The notes under the pieces were generated by a model, which was given only the letters and a program-made list of their open reading frames with translations, ran no database searches and was not told the origin of the DNA. The translations under genes and the position numbers were made by a program. A stretch of 64,000 bases of DNA. Source: Planctomycetota bacterium (GTDB taxonomy: Bacteria; Planctomycetota; GCA-002687715; DRQF01). Shown here piece by piece: positions 49,228 to 60,010 of this stretch. The stretch covers positions 5,178 to 69,177 of the forward strand of contig JALTLO010000197.1 of the NCBI GenBank assembly GCA_027001995.1, given 5' to 3'. Each line of letters opens with the position of its first letter. Position 1 is the stretch's first letter.

Positions 49228-50541
49228 ATGAATATCAACGACGTTAAGAGTGAATCTGATCCTCGTAGCCGCCGAGACTTCTTAGGGGGGGCCGCAAGGG
49301 GACTTTTGGGCGTTAGTCTTTTGCCTTCCTTGGGAGGCATGGGAGGGCTCTTTTCCAACTTAGAGGAGAAGAAGGTTGTTTTGGGCCCGGCGACGGCCAA
49401 GAACGTTATTTACCTCTTCATGAGTGGGGGCATGTCTCACTTGGACACCTTTGATCTGAAGCCCGGATCTCCTTCTCAGGGACCGACGAAGTCGATCGCC
49501 AGTAATGTTGATGGCATCCTGCTTTCAGAGCACATGCCTTCCTTGGCTAAGCAGATGGATAAAGTAGCGGTCATTAACTCCATGTTCTCGAATCAAGGGG
49601 CACATGTGACCGGGCGTTACTTGATGCACACCAGCTACGTTGCACGGGGTACGATCAAGCATCCTAGCATGGGGGCTTGGTTGGGGCATATGGCTGGGCG
49701 GACAAACAAAACCCTTCCTGGACATGTCACGATTGGTCCCGATAGCACTCTCGCTACCAACGGTTTCTTGTCTTCAGAATATGCGCCTTTACCAATTGGT
49801 GATCCGTCGACTGGGCTGGCCAATGGTAAGCGGCATAAGAACGTGGACGCAGCAACATTGGAACGGCGTCTCACACGACTGCAACGAATGAATGAAGCAT
49901 TCAACCGCAAGCATAAATCGCGCAGTACGCAAGATTACGAAAAGATCTATCAAGAGGCCGTTAAGCTGATGAGTTCGAAAGACCTAGCGGCCTTTGATAT
50001 CAGCCAAGAGGACGAACTGATTCGCAATGCCTATGGTTCAGATTCCTTTGCCCAAGGTTGCTTGCTGGCTCGGCGTTTGGTGGAGCACGATGTGCGCTAC
50101 GTTGAAGTCGTTATGGGTGGATGGGATACTCACAACGAAAACTTTGATGCCATGGAGACGCAAGTGCCGAAGTTGGATCGGGCACTCGCCTGCCTTTTGG
50201 CCGACTTAGAGATTCGCGGTTTGCTCGAAGAAACCCTGGTGGTTTTGGCCACTGAATTCGGTCGGTCACCAGAAATCAACCCAGACCGCAATGGCCGCGA
50301 CCATCATCCAAAGGCCTTTAGCTGCTTGCTTGCAGGGGGCGGCATCAAGGGTGGCGTTAAATGGGGGCAAACGGATGAGTTCGGGGCCCAAGTGGTGGAG
50401 AACCAGGTTCACGTTCAAGACTTGAATGCCACGATTGCCCATGCCTTGGGTCTTCCTTTAGACCACCGCGTGTTCTCGCCTTCGGGTCGCCCTTTCCAAG
50501 TGGCGGACAAGGGAAAACCCGTCTTGCAGTTGTTTGCCTAA
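49228..50541 (+). CDS. DUF1501 protein (Tat-exported)
   Basis: SRRDFL Tat motif, GGMSHLDTFD.K, LLARRLVE, GWDTH, EFGRSP and GRDH motifs. Confidence 0.92.
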   Translation: MNINDVKSESDPRSRRDFLGGAARGLLGVSLLPSLGGMGGLFSNLEEKKVVLGPATAKNVIYLFMSGGMSHLDTFDLKPGSPSQGPTKSIASNVDGILLSEHMPSLAKQMDKVAVINSMFSNQGAHVTGRYLMHTSYVARGTIKHPSMGAWLGHMAGRTNKTLPGHVTIGPDSTLATNGFLSSEYAPLPIGDPSTGLANGKRHKNVDAATLERRLTRLQRMNEAFNRKHKSRSTQDYEKIYQEAVKLMSSKDLAAFDISQEDELIRNAYGSDSFAQGCLLARRLVEHDVRYVEVVMGGWDTHNENFDAMETQVPKLDRALACLLADLEIRGLLEETLVVLATEFGRSPEINPDRNGRDHHPKAFSCLLAGGGIKGGVKWGQTDEFGAQVVENQVHVQDLNATIAHALGLPLDHRVFSPSGRPFQVADKGKPVLQLFA

Positions 50542-50542
50542 A

Positions 50543-51577
50543 ATGAGAAATGCAATGAAACGAAACAAACGATCATCGTTACTACTGGCAGTTGTGGCCC
50601 TCATGTTGGGGACGGTCGGGCTGAATGCCCAGACCCCAGACTTCGAAAAAGACGTTCTGCCGATTCTGAAGAAACGTTGCTTTGAATGTCATGGGGCCCC
50701 CAGGAAAGACAAGCGTGGGCGGATGAAGTTCGCCAAGGCTGGCCTTCGCTTGGACGGCAAGGATCATATTATTGCTGGGTCTGTGATTGTTCCCAGGTCA
50801 CCTCAGACGAGCATGTTAGTTGAGTACATCTCCCTACCCGCCGGTGATCCTGATATCATGCCTCCCAAGGGATCTCCTCTTACGGCCAAGGAAGTACAGA
50901 CGATCTACAGCTGGGTCAATGATGGCGCTTCCTATGGTTCTTGGGTGGGTGCGTCTCGCACCCAAGTGAAGAATACGACAGCGAAAAAAGTGTCGCCTGT
51001 TTCCAAGAGTATTCAAGTACTCAAACAACTGGGAGCCAACTTAAGCCCCTTGCAAGAATCGACCATGGCGGGGATTTTGCCAGGCTTGGCTCAAGTGGAG
51101 GCGGTCTATCCGGGTAGCGGCCTTTTGCGCGTGTCCTTTGCCCGTACGTCAAAGGTGGTTGATGATGATGTCCTGCGGAAGCTAGCAGCCTTTGCTCCTC
51201 GGATTGCTCGTTTGAACTTGTCAGGAACGAAAGTGACAGACAAGGGATTGTTGTATCTGACGAAGATGAAACGTTTGGTTCATTTGGATCTCCATAAGAC
51301 AGGGGTTACAGACGCTGGCTTGGCATATCTCAAGGGGCTGAAGGAGTTACGCTCTCTGAACCTCTATGGCACCCAAGTGACGGATCAGGGTTTGCCGCAG
51401 ATCTCGATGCTGAAGAGACTCAACTCTCTCTATCTGTGGCGCAGTCAAGTCACCGCCGCTGGAGCTAAGCGTCTACGGCAGGTTCTGCCCGCGGCCAAAA
51501 TTAGCTTTGAGTTGGTTCTCCCAGATCCGGCTCCCCCAGAGGAAACCCCCCGGCGTCGACGCAGAGGGAAGAAGTAA
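50543..51577 (+). CDS. Planctomycete cytochrome c domain + leucine-rich repeat protein
   Basis: DF.KDV.PIL...CFECHG and MPP motifs, then L.L.GT.VTD.GL repeats. Confidence 0.88.
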   Translation: MRNAMKRNKRSSLLLAVVALMLGTVGLNAQTPDFEKDVLPILKKRCFECHGAPRKDKRGRMKFAKAGLRLDGKDHIIAGSVIVPRSPQTSMLVEYISLPAGDPDIMPPKGSPLTAKEVQTIYSWVNDGASYGSWVGASRTQVKNTTAKKVSPVSKSIQVLKQLGANLSPLQESTMAGILPGLAQVEAVYPGSGLLRVSFARTSKVVDDDVLRKLAAFAPRIARLNLSGTKVTDKGLLYLTKMKRLVHLDLHKTGVTDAGLAYLKGLKELRSLNLYGTQVTDQGLPQISMLKRLNSLYLWRSQVTAAGAKRLRQVLPAAKISFELVLPDPAPPEETPRRRRRGKK

Positions 51578-51683
51578 GACCCACTGGACAAATCGAATCC
51601 ATTACGCATGATAGGCCTGTCTACGGGACTCTTCCAGGGGCACTGGAGGTTTAAAGCCTGTGGGGGAGCGTTTCGAGGGACGG

Positions 51684-52160
51684 ATGGAAGTTCGAATCGA
51701 GTGTATTGAGGGCGTCACCAAGGGCCATGTCTATCGTTCAAAGGAACGGCAGATCCTCATGGGCCGTAGTTCGTCCTGCGACTTGATCTTGGATGGTGAC
51801 AAAGACTTGGGTGTCAGTGGTCGGCATTGTGTCATCAAGGTTCATGGCAATCGAGCCACCTTGGAAGACTGCGGCAGCACCAATGGAACTCTCTTGGCTG
51901 GTAAGCCAATCAAGAAGCCTATGACTCTCAAAGACGGCGCAACATTTCGCTTGGGGCGTCAAGGGCCCATCTTTCGCTTTTCCACAGTGAGAGAGAACCC
52001 GCCGACTGCGGCTGAGCCTATCCAAGAAATCTCTGGGAACAAGACGAGCTCAGCGAGCCCCACAAGCTCCGATAGAGCTTGGAAGTTCCTATTCTTTGTC
52101 GCTCTCTTAGTCGTTTTGCTGGGTTCAAGCGTTCTGGTCTACCGACACTACATCAGCTAG
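51684..52160 (+). CDS. FHA-domain protein with C-terminal TM anchor
   Basis: GR...CD, VS.RH and D.GSTNGT motifs. Confidence 0.88.
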   Translation: MEVRIECIEGVTKGHVYRSKERQILMGRSSSCDLILDGDKDLGVSGRHCVIKVHGNRATLEDCGSTNGTLLAGKPIKKPMTLKDGATFRLGRQGPIFRFSTVRENPPTAAEPIQEISGNKTSSASPTSSDRAWKFLFFVALLVVLLGSSVLVYRHYIS

Positions 52161-52196
52161 AGAAAACGGACTTTGTTGTTCTGTCCTATGTCCATC

Positions 52197-53384
52197 TCAT
52201 TCCTTGATCTCTGCAACCAGAGCACTTGCCAACTTCTTGTAGTCATCTAAACAGTTATGAGCTTGGGCCGAAATTCGAAGGCACACGTTGGGTGCTTGGG
52301 GGAAGTGATGGAGAGGCACTTGAATTCCGTACTTGGCGAAAAGCGTTTCTTGGAGGGGGAGAGTGGCGAAGTGATCTTCCATTAGGTCTGAAGGGCCAGA
52401 GCCAAGGGGGATGGTGGCGATGGAGCCGATCATGGAATCGGGGCAGGGCGCTTTTCTTTGAATGGCATCGAGAATGATTTCTCGCCCCGCCAAGACCAAG
52501 TTGCGATTGTGAGTTCTCAGTTCATCCCATCCTCCTGGGAAAAGTCTCGCCATAAAACCGAGGGCCTCCGGAATGCAAAGCCAAGGGGTGGGGTCACAGG
52601 TTCCTTGCCAATCGAATTCCCAACGAAAGCGGCTGCGGTGGGCGGTGGGAGCATTGGCACCATGGCTTATGACTGCTGGTCGGATGACTTCTCGGTATTC
52701 TGCTGCCACCCAGAGAAAGGCGGCCCCCTTAGGTGTGCACAACCATTTGTGGGCATTGGAAGTGTAGAAATCAGCTCCGATGCGGCCCATGGAGATGTCA
52801 AGCATGCCTAAGGCGTGGGCACCGTCCACCAACACCATGGAGCCCGCCTTCTTAAGGCGAGAAACGAGCTCTTCGATTGGCAGGACCAGAGCTGTTGCAC
52901 TGGTGACATGATCCAGGAGTGTCAATTTGGTCTTTGGGCCCACTTCCTTCATGACGGCGTCGACCACTTCCTTAGGGTCGTTGAGCGGGAAGGGCACCTG
53001 AGCCACACGGACGATGGCCCCCGATCTCTCTGCCACATAGTTCAGGATGTTTCGGCAGGCATTGTATTCATGATTAGTACAGAGGAGCTCGTCCCCTGGT
53101 TCAAACTCCAGCGATCGCAAGACGGCGTTGACGCCAGTCGTGGCATTGGTCACGAAAGCCAAGCCTTCCACGTCGCCGTCGATAAATGAAGCAAGAGCCT
53201 CCAAGGCCGGGTTCCACAGGTCAGGTAGTTTTTGCACCATGAAGTGGACCGGTTCCGACTCCAGTTGGGCCCGGAGTTCAGTTTGCTTGGCCAAAATCTC
53301 GATGGGACAAGCGCCAAAAGATCCATGGTTGAGAAAGGTAATTGAAGGATCAAGCTGCCAGAGGTGTTTGTGTGGACTTTGCAT
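52197..53384 (-). CDS. Class-V PLP enzyme (isopenicillin-N-epimerase / C-S lyase-like)
   Basis: FLNHGSFGACP, NATTG, DHVTS, DGAH and SNAHKW motifs. Confidence 0.88.
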   Translation of the reverse strand: MQSPHKHLWQLDPSITFLNHGSFGACPIEILAKQTELRAQLESEPVHFMVQKLPDLWNPALEALASFIDGDVEGLAFVTNATTGVNAVLRSLEFEPGDELLCTNHEYNACRNILNYVAERSGAIVRVAQVPFPLNDPKEVVDAVMKEVGPKTKLTLLDHVTSATALVLPIEELVSRLKKAGSMVLVDGAHALGMLDISMGRIGADFYTSNAHKWLCTPKGAAFLWVAAEYREVIRPAVISHGANAPTAHRSRFRWEFDWQGTCDPTPWLCIPEALGFMARLFPGGWDELRTHNRNLVLAGREIILDAIQRKAPCPDSMIGSIATIPLGSGPSDLMEDHFATLPLQETLFAKYGIQVPLHHFPQAPNVCLRISAQAHNCLDDYKKLASALVAEIKE

Positions 53385-53526
53385 GGCAGGAGGGTACCTT
53401 ATTCTTGAAGATTTCTGCCAGAGGTGTTCTTGGCTGGAAATGAGGAAAGGTGTTTTCTGGGGCAAGGGACGTTATGATGAGAGTGAGCGCAAGATGGAAG
53501 TCTCTATGCAAGTCCAGGAAAACCCC

Positions 53527-55692
53527 ATGGCCCGTTTTCTCTCACTTATTCTCCTTTGTATCGTCTTTGTCGGTTGCAACCAAGAAGAAGCGCCTGCTCC
53601 CCAGGAAGAAACACAAGTCGTCAGTGCCTCTCCTCAGTCTTCCCAGCCTCCCCAAGTCAATGAGACGATTGGCCAGCAACCGTCACCATTGCCAAGACGG
53701 TCCCTTGCTATCCGCACTGAGGATGCTGACGGCAAGTCTCTTGGGGGCGTGAACATTTATTTGATCGAGGAGCTGGTGCAAACGGATGCTGAGGCTTTCT
53801 TGGGGGTTGGAGGTGTTCTCCGCTGGGTGAGTCGCCTTAATAGCGAAAGCCTGCGAGGGAAGAGCAATCAGGATGGGCATTTCGATTTGCCACTTCCGCG
53901 CCGGGGCGAAGTCTGGATTGTGGCTCAGCAGGGCGAGGCCTTGGCGGATGCTGTGGTTGATGTGTCCTGCACTGATGTGCTGTTGCTGGTGCCCAAGAAC
54001 GACAAACGACTCCGTTTTCAAGTGGTGGACTCACTGGGGAAGCCGAGATCCGGCGTCCATGTGGGTGTCTGCGCCACCAAGAAAGATCGTCGTCTACTTG
54101 GCGTTCGTCCCAGTGACGAAAATGGTTGGGTGACTTTTGATCATCCCAAACGCTGGCTCGAGCCAGCGAGTCGGTCGAGATTTGACAACATTGTTGTGGG
54201 CGTCGCTGAGGTGTTCGAAAATCCCATTCGTCACTTAGTCATCGGATTTGACCATCCTCAAGCAGTTCCTTTGCCTCCTTATTGCTCAGTTGCCGTTTCT
54301 CTCCAGAAATCTGACCAGCGGTCGATTCTTCATTTGGCCACGGTGAGCAAGGAGAAAAAGAAGCGCCTTCTGATCCCGAATCGACCAGACTTCCTGCGGC
54401 GGAGCCAGCGCGCCCTAGCGCCTGGGCAAACCACGGTGATCTTTCCCTATGTTGGCCTGGACTTGGATCTGGAATTGCAGCGGCAGGATGGTCCACAGGA
54501 ATACTGTCCATCGCAATTCTTACGGGGGGCTGGTTTGGCTCAAGGCCAGGTGTCCTTCAAGCTGAAGGCAGAGGGGCGATTCGCCCAGATCCCAGTGCGT
54601 CTCGTAGATGTGAGGGGTGAGCCTTTGGCCCACTGCAATTTTGCTGTGGAGGGGAAGGATCAGAGGTCTCAGCGATACGTCCTCAATGCTAAAACAGATG
54701 AAGAAGGCCGTTGCCGCCTAACCTTTCCTTTTCTCTTAGCCAAGGATACCCAGCCCGGGAAACCTTTGGCCTTACCTTTGGGATTGGTCATGTCCTTTGA
54801 CGCTCCAGAAAGGACCTTGGACTTGGCGGCCAACTTGGCTCTTACTTGGCGGAAGAGTGAATACATCATCACCATGAAGGACATGGTGACTGCCGCCAGT
54901 GGTATGGTGAAGGATGGTCAAGGCCAGCCCCTGGAATATGCCCATGTGACTTTGGAGTTGCTACGCAAGTCTGGCTATTGGCCTTTGCCCTCTAAGAGGC
55001 CAACTCTCACCAATGCTCAAGGCCGATTTCGCCTGAGTGCGCTTCCTCTTCGGGGGATCTTTCGCTTGAAGGCCGAGCGTTTCGACCATGAAACCTCCTA
55101 TACTTCAAACATCCAGGTCGGCATGACGGGCATTCAAATCCGGCAAGAAAAAAAGAGTGAGGTTGTTGGTGATGTCTTGGTCGATGAGATCTTTCAATCG
55201 GAACATTTGGTCGCTCTTTTTCGCGAACGGGGGAAATCTCAGGAGTTAGCATTTCCTCTGCACCGCAAAGAGGGTGGGAAGCGCGTGCTCGACAGTGGCT
55301 TCTTGATTCCCGGTATCTATGACCTTGTCATTATGCAGAACAACGTCGTTGGGCGCCTGCACCGCTTGGAGGCCGTGAGAATCCCCTTTCGAGGCCGTCA
55401 GAAGCCCCGAGAACTTGATCCTCTCGACCTGAAGGGCAAGTTTCGTTCTCTGACTCTCACCGTCCTTGACAAGTCAGGGAAGGCAATTCCTCATGTTCTG
55501 GTCGAGTTGTCGACCCCCGCTGGCGCTGATCTCTCCTATCGCCAAATAAAGGGAACTTCCGAAGCCGGTATCGTTCGTTTCCTTGCTCCTAGAGGGCCTC
55601 TTTCTGCCGAAGTAACCCTAAATTTGAAAAAGAGCTTCGCGGCCACAGTAGATTCAGAAGTCGCCAAATACACGATTCAAGCCACTGAATAA
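53527..55692 (+). CDS. Probable lipoprotein with carboxypeptidase-regulatory-like domains
   Basis: MARFLSLILLCIVFVGC lipobox and D..G.P / T...G repeats. The upstream extension in the track overlaps the opposite gene. Confidence 0.7.
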   Translation: MARFLSLILLCIVFVGCNQEEAPAPQEETQVVSASPQSSQPPQVNETIGQQPSPLPRRSLAIRTEDADGKSLGGVNIYLIEELVQTDAEAFLGVGGVLRWVSRLNSESLRGKSNQDGHFDLPLPRRGEVWIVAQQGEALADAVVDVSCTDVLLLVPKNDKRLRFQVVDSLGKPRSGVHVGVCATKKDRRLLGVRPSDENGWVTFDHPKRWLEPASRSRFDNIVVGVAEVFENPIRHLVIGFDHPQAVPLPPYCSVAVSLQKSDQRSILHLATVSKEKKKRLLIPNRPDFLRRSQRALAPGQTTVIFPYVGLDLDLELQRQDGPQEYCPSQFLRGAGLAQGQVSFKLKAEGRFAQIPVRLVDVRGEPLAHCNFAVEGKDQRSQRYVLNAKTDEEGRCRLTFPFLLAKDTQPGKPLALPLGLVMSFDAPERTLDLAANLALTWRKSEYIITMKDMVTAASGMVKDGQGQPLEYAHVTLELLRKSGYWPLPSKRPTLTNAQGRFRLSALPLRGIFRLKAERFDHETSYTSNIQVGMTGIQIRQEKKSEVVGDVLVDEIFQSEHLVALFRERGKSQELAFPLHRKEGGKRVLDSGFLIPGIYDLVIMQNNVVGRLHRLEAVRIPFRGRQKPRELDPLDLKGKFRSLTLTVLDKSGKAIPHVLVELSTPAGADLSYRQIKGTSEAGIVRFLAPRGPLSAEVTLNLKKSFAATVDSEVAKYTIQATE

Positions 55693-55791
55693 GATGTTTC
55701 CCGGGTTCCCATAACATTCGCTTGTTGCTGACCCCCTTTGTCCATATTTTGAGGGCGTTGCCGATATTGGCCTCTGGGACAAAAGAAACCT

Positions 55792-57267
55792 ATGTGCGGA
55801 TTCATTGGTATTTACGGCCCCGACGGGGTGGACGTTGCTCCTGAGATTTATGAAGGGCTGCTGGCAGTTCAGCACCGGGGGCAGGACGCAGCCGGCATTA
55901 TCACCTTCACAGATGCTTTTCATCTGCGAAAAGATGAGGGGCTTGTCATTGAGGTCTTTGGCAAGAAACACATGCAAAGGCTTCGGGGCAACCTGGGACT
56001 GGGGCATGTGCGTTATCCGACGATCGGGGCTTCCGGTGGCGAAAACGCTCAGCCCTTTCATCATACTTACCCTTTGGGTGTTGCCATGGCTCACAATGGC
56101 AATGTCACCAATGTCGATGAGTTGATGGCCGATTTTGTTGACCGCAAGCGCACCCGCCTTAACTCAACTTGCGATGTTGAGATTATCCTCTGGGTTTTTC
56201 AGGATGTCTTGGCCAATAGGCTGCGGGCTAGTGGCGAGCTTGGTCCTGAAGATGTTTTCGCTGCGGTTGAAGCCGTGCACCAAAAGGTGAAAGGCGCTTA
56301 CTCTGTGGTGGCGACGGTGGCAGACTTAGGCATGGTCGCCTTCCGTGATCCTTATGGCATCAAGCCAATCATCTTTGGCAAACGAGAAGACGAACTCGGA
56401 ACATCATTCGCTTGCGCTTCTGAAAGTGTCGTGCTGGATGTCAACGGCTACACGAAGACTCAGGATATCGGCCCAGGTGAAGCCCTTTTCATCGACGAAA
56501 ACCGTGACATTCACCACAAGAAGTTGGGCAAGGAAGAGCACACACCTTGCATTTTCGAGTGGGTCTATTTCTCACGTCCAGATTCTTTCTTGGATGACGT
56601 CTCGGTTTACAAGACTCGACGACGCTTTGGCGAGGCTTTGGCAACACAATGGAAAAACAGTGGGGCACCCTGGCCAGATGTTGTCATTCCGATTCCTGAT
56701 TCCTCCCGGGATGCAGCCTTGGCAATGGCTCATGATTTGGGAGTACCCTATCGGGAAGGTCTGGTGAAGAATCGTTACATCGGTCGTACATTCATCATGC
56801 CAGATCAACAATCTCGCCAGAAGAGTGTGCGTCGCAAGCTGAATCCCATCCCTCTGGAATTCGAAGGCAAAAACGTTCTTCTCGTGGACGACTCTATCGT
56901 ACGGGGCAATACCTCGAAAAGAATCGTCGAAACAGCAAGGGCTTCCGGCGCACAGAATGTTTATTTTGCAGTGACAAGTCCGCCCTTGGTTGCTCCGTGT
57001 CCTTATGGCATTGACATGGCTAGCAAGCGAGAATTTATCGCTGAAGGTAAGACGGTGGAGGAGATTACCACTTCCTTGGGGGTCGATCATCTGGTCTATC
57101 TCGACCGCGGCGCCATGAACAAAGCCGCTCAGGTTGGCAATCCCAAGATTAAGTCGTTTTGCAATGCCTGCTTTACTGGGGTTTACCCCACAGGTGATAT
57201 CACCGTTGAGCGCCTTCGGGCCTTAGAATCCGAACGCGCTACCCGGCGAGATAACATTCCGACTTAA
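55792..57267 (+). CDS. purF: Amidophosphoribosyltransferase
   Basis: N-terminal MCG, QHRGQD, GHVRYPT, HNGN, CIFE.VYF.RPDS and VDDSIVRG motifs. Confidence 0.97.
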   Translation: MCGFIGIYGPDGVDVAPEIYEGLLAVQHRGQDAAGIITFTDAFHLRKDEGLVIEVFGKKHMQRLRGNLGLGHVRYPTIGASGGENAQPFHHTYPLGVAMAHNGNVTNVDELMADFVDRKRTRLNSTCDVEIILWVFQDVLANRLRASGELGPEDVFAAVEAVHQKVKGAYSVVATVADLGMVAFRDPYGIKPIIFGKREDELGTSFACASESVVLDVNGYTKTQDIGPGEALFIDENRDIHHKKLGKEEHTPCIFEWVYFSRPDSFLDDVSVYKTRRRFGEALATQWKNSGAPWPDVVIPIPDSSRDAALAMAHDLGVPYREGLVKNRYIGRTFIMPDQQSRQKSVRRKLNPIPLEFEGKNVLLVDDSIVRGNTSKRIVETARASGAQNVYFAVTSPPLVAPCPYGIDMASKREFIAEGKTVEEITTSLGVDHLVYLDRGAMNKAAQVGNPKIKSFCNACFTGVYPTGDITVERLRALESERATRRDNIPT

Positions 57268-57292
57268 CTTGAGGGCTGCGGCCTCACTCCAG

Positions 57293-60010
57293 TTAGCGCT
57301 CCTCAATTATTTCCAATCGCACAGGACAAACCTTGAGTTCTGCAGTTTGGGTGATGGGATCGTAGCCGGAGCCCGTAAGGATATTGACGGGTGTTTCGTT
57401 AAACGAGAATGAGCAGAAGACAGTCCCACGGGGTGAGCGCTTGTTGGCCTCCACCACGATCTCAACCGAGCCCCGAGCAGACGTCATGCGACAGAGCTTC
57501 CCATCGGTAAGGCCCCATTTTTCGACGTCGTCAGGATGAATTTCTAAGGTCTCTTGGGGCAGTAAATAGTCGATGCCAAAGGAACGTCCCGTCTGGGTAC
57601 GGGAATGATAAGACTCAAGTCTTCGTCCAGTGGTGAGCCATACGGGATAGGATTCGCTGATCACTTCTGCCGGGTCACGCAGATTGACAATCTTGAGTTT
57701 GCCCTTACCGCTGGGGAATTCATCGATATGCAGAATCGGCGTCCCTGTGTGTTCCTTATTGGGAACGGGCCATTGATATTCCCCTTGATCAATGCGATCC
57801 CAATCCAAGCCAGCATAAATAGGGGAGAGTGAGCAGAGCTCATTGAAGACATCTTTGGCAGATTCATAGTCGAAACCCGAGAAACCAAGACGTTTCCCAA
57901 GCTCCGAGATGATCCACCAGTCAGGTTTCGCATCTCCTGGAGGTGGCACGGCCGCCCGAAGGCGCTGAACGCGACGCTCGGTGTTGGTACACACACCATC
58001 GGTCTCTCCCCAACTTGATGCTGGCAAGACCACATCGGCTAGGACGGCGGTCTCTGTCATGAAAAGATCGATGACGACCAAGTGGTCCAATGACTTGAGA
58101 GCATGTTCGCAGTGGTCGCGGTCGGGATCCGTCACCACGGTGTTCTCGCCACCGATGATCATGGCTCTGATTCGGTCGCCACACTGATCTAATGCGGTGA
58201 CTTTCGTGATGCCTCGTTCTAAGGACACAGGGGTGCCCCAAGCGGCTTCGAACTTGGCCTGGTTCTTGGGATCATCCACAGGTTGAAAACCAGGATAGTT
58301 GTTTGGAAGAGCTCCAACATCTCCAGCACCTTGAATATTGTTTTGGCCCCGCATGGGGTTGATGCCCGTTCCTTCTTTGCCGATATGCCCAGTGAGAAGG
58401 GCAAGATTGCTCAAGCTTTGGACGTTGTCAACACCACAAATGTGCTCGGTGATTCCCAAGGTGTAGTAGATGGCGGCCTTCTCAGCTTCACCGTACCAAT
58501 GGGCGGCCTTCTCGATATCTTCCGCCGGCACTTGGCAAATGGCCGAAGCCCAACTGGGTGTGAATTCTTTGAGGTGCTGTCTGAGCTCCTGAATCCCTTC
58601 CGTTCTTTCGGCGACAAATTCTTCGTTGACTAAGCCGTCACGGTCGATGACATGGGCCATCGCTAAGAGTAGGGCAACATCGGTTCCGACTTTTAGCGGC
58701 AAGTAGAGATCGGCGATTTCGGCTAATTGAATTTTTCTCGGGTCGGCCACGATGAGGCGGCCGCCATTGGCCAGCCCACGCTTGATGCGAGTCGCCGCCA
58801 CTGGATGGCATTCCGTCATGTTGGTGCCGATGCAAAAATAGACGTCGGGCTTTTCCATGTCTTCCAATGGGTTTGACATGGCTCCTCGTCCGATGGTAGC
58901 CGCCAGACCGGCGACAGTTGGAGCATGTCAGGCACGGCTGCAATTATCGATTTGATTGAGTCCCCAACCCGCTCTCATCAATTTTTGCAGGGCGTAAGAA
59001 GCTTCATGGGGGGCGCGGCCGGAGGCGATGGCATAGATGGCCTCGTTGCCATGATCGCGGGAGACCTTTTCGAAACCTTTGGCCGCTACGTCGATGGCTT
59101 CTGTCCAACTGACTGGTTCGAGTTTGCCATTCTTGCGGACGAGGGGAGTTGTGAGCCGATCATCGTGTTGAACAAAGTCGTATGCGAATTGCCCTTTGAC
59201 GCAAAGAGCGCCCAAGTTGGCTGGTCCATCCATGGCCGGTTGGATGCCGACAATCTTGTCTTCTTTGGACATAATGTCGACGGAACAACCCACGCCGCAG
59301 TAGGTGCAAATGGTTCGTGTTTTCTTAATGTCGCCAACAGTCTTCCGGTCTCGAAGTGCCTTCTTGTCAGCCAAAGCACCGGTGGGACAGGTCTGGACGC
59401 ATTGCCCACAGAAGGTACATTCTGATTCTCTGAGGTCACTGTTGAACTCGGTTGTGATCTGAGTGGCGAACCCTCGGTTCATCACATTGATGGCGTAGTC
59501 CCCTTCACGTTCTGCGCAGACGCGAACACAGCGGTAACAAGAGATGCACTGGTCGTAGTCTCGCAAAATGAAGGGATTGAGGTCTTCCGTTCGACTGGTT
59601 CCAGACTTGGCTCCAGCGAATCGCCCGGTGATCGCGTCATAGCGGTTGGCGAGTTGTGTGAGTTCCTGAGAAGCGAAACCGGAGAGCTCGGGGGTTTCAA
59701 CTTGACGATTCTCAGAAACAACCAGCTCCAAGAGTGTCTTACGATCCTTCTCTAATTTGGCGGTGTGGGTATGCACAACCATACCCGGGCTGGCTTTTGT
59801 TGTGCAAGAGGCCACAGGGTTGCGAAATCCTTCGACTTCGACCATACACATGCGGCAACCTCCGAATGCGTCCAGTCGCTTGTCGTAGCAAAGTGTTGGC
59901 ACTTCTTTCTTGTGGCGCTCGCTGATTTCGAAGAGAGATTCCCCATGGGAGAATGCGACGACTTCGCCATCGAGAGTCAGTTCATAAGTGTTCTTGGTCT
60001 TATCAATCAT
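57293..60010 (-). CDS. fdhF: Selenocysteine-containing formate dehydrogenase alpha subunit, 905 aa, U361, with N-terminal 2Fe-2S/4Fe-4S domains
   Basis: The track ORFs 58928-60010 and 57293-58879 join in frame through TGA 58930-58928, giving IDNCSRA-U-HAPTVAGLAATIGRGAMSN. It also has CTYCGVGC, RGQNNIQGA and TNTERRVQ motifs. Confidence 0.95.
58899..58915 (-). promoter_or_regulatory. SECIS element of the FDH gene
   Basis: GTCGCC-GGTCT-GGCGGC hairpin after a 12-nt spacer from the UGA. The loop GGUC is at +19 to +22, as recalled for E. coli fdhF. Confidence 0.85.

Noticed and set aside
52197..53384. PLP enzyme as a selenocysteine lyase linked to the Sec genes
   Set aside because: Its motifs fit the isopenicillin-N-epimerase-like group rather than SufS/CsdA, and nothing in the sequence links it to selenium.
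53128..53526. N-terminal extension of the 854-aa track ORF
   Set aside because: It overlaps the divergent PLP-enzyme gene; the lipoprotein signal begins at 53527.
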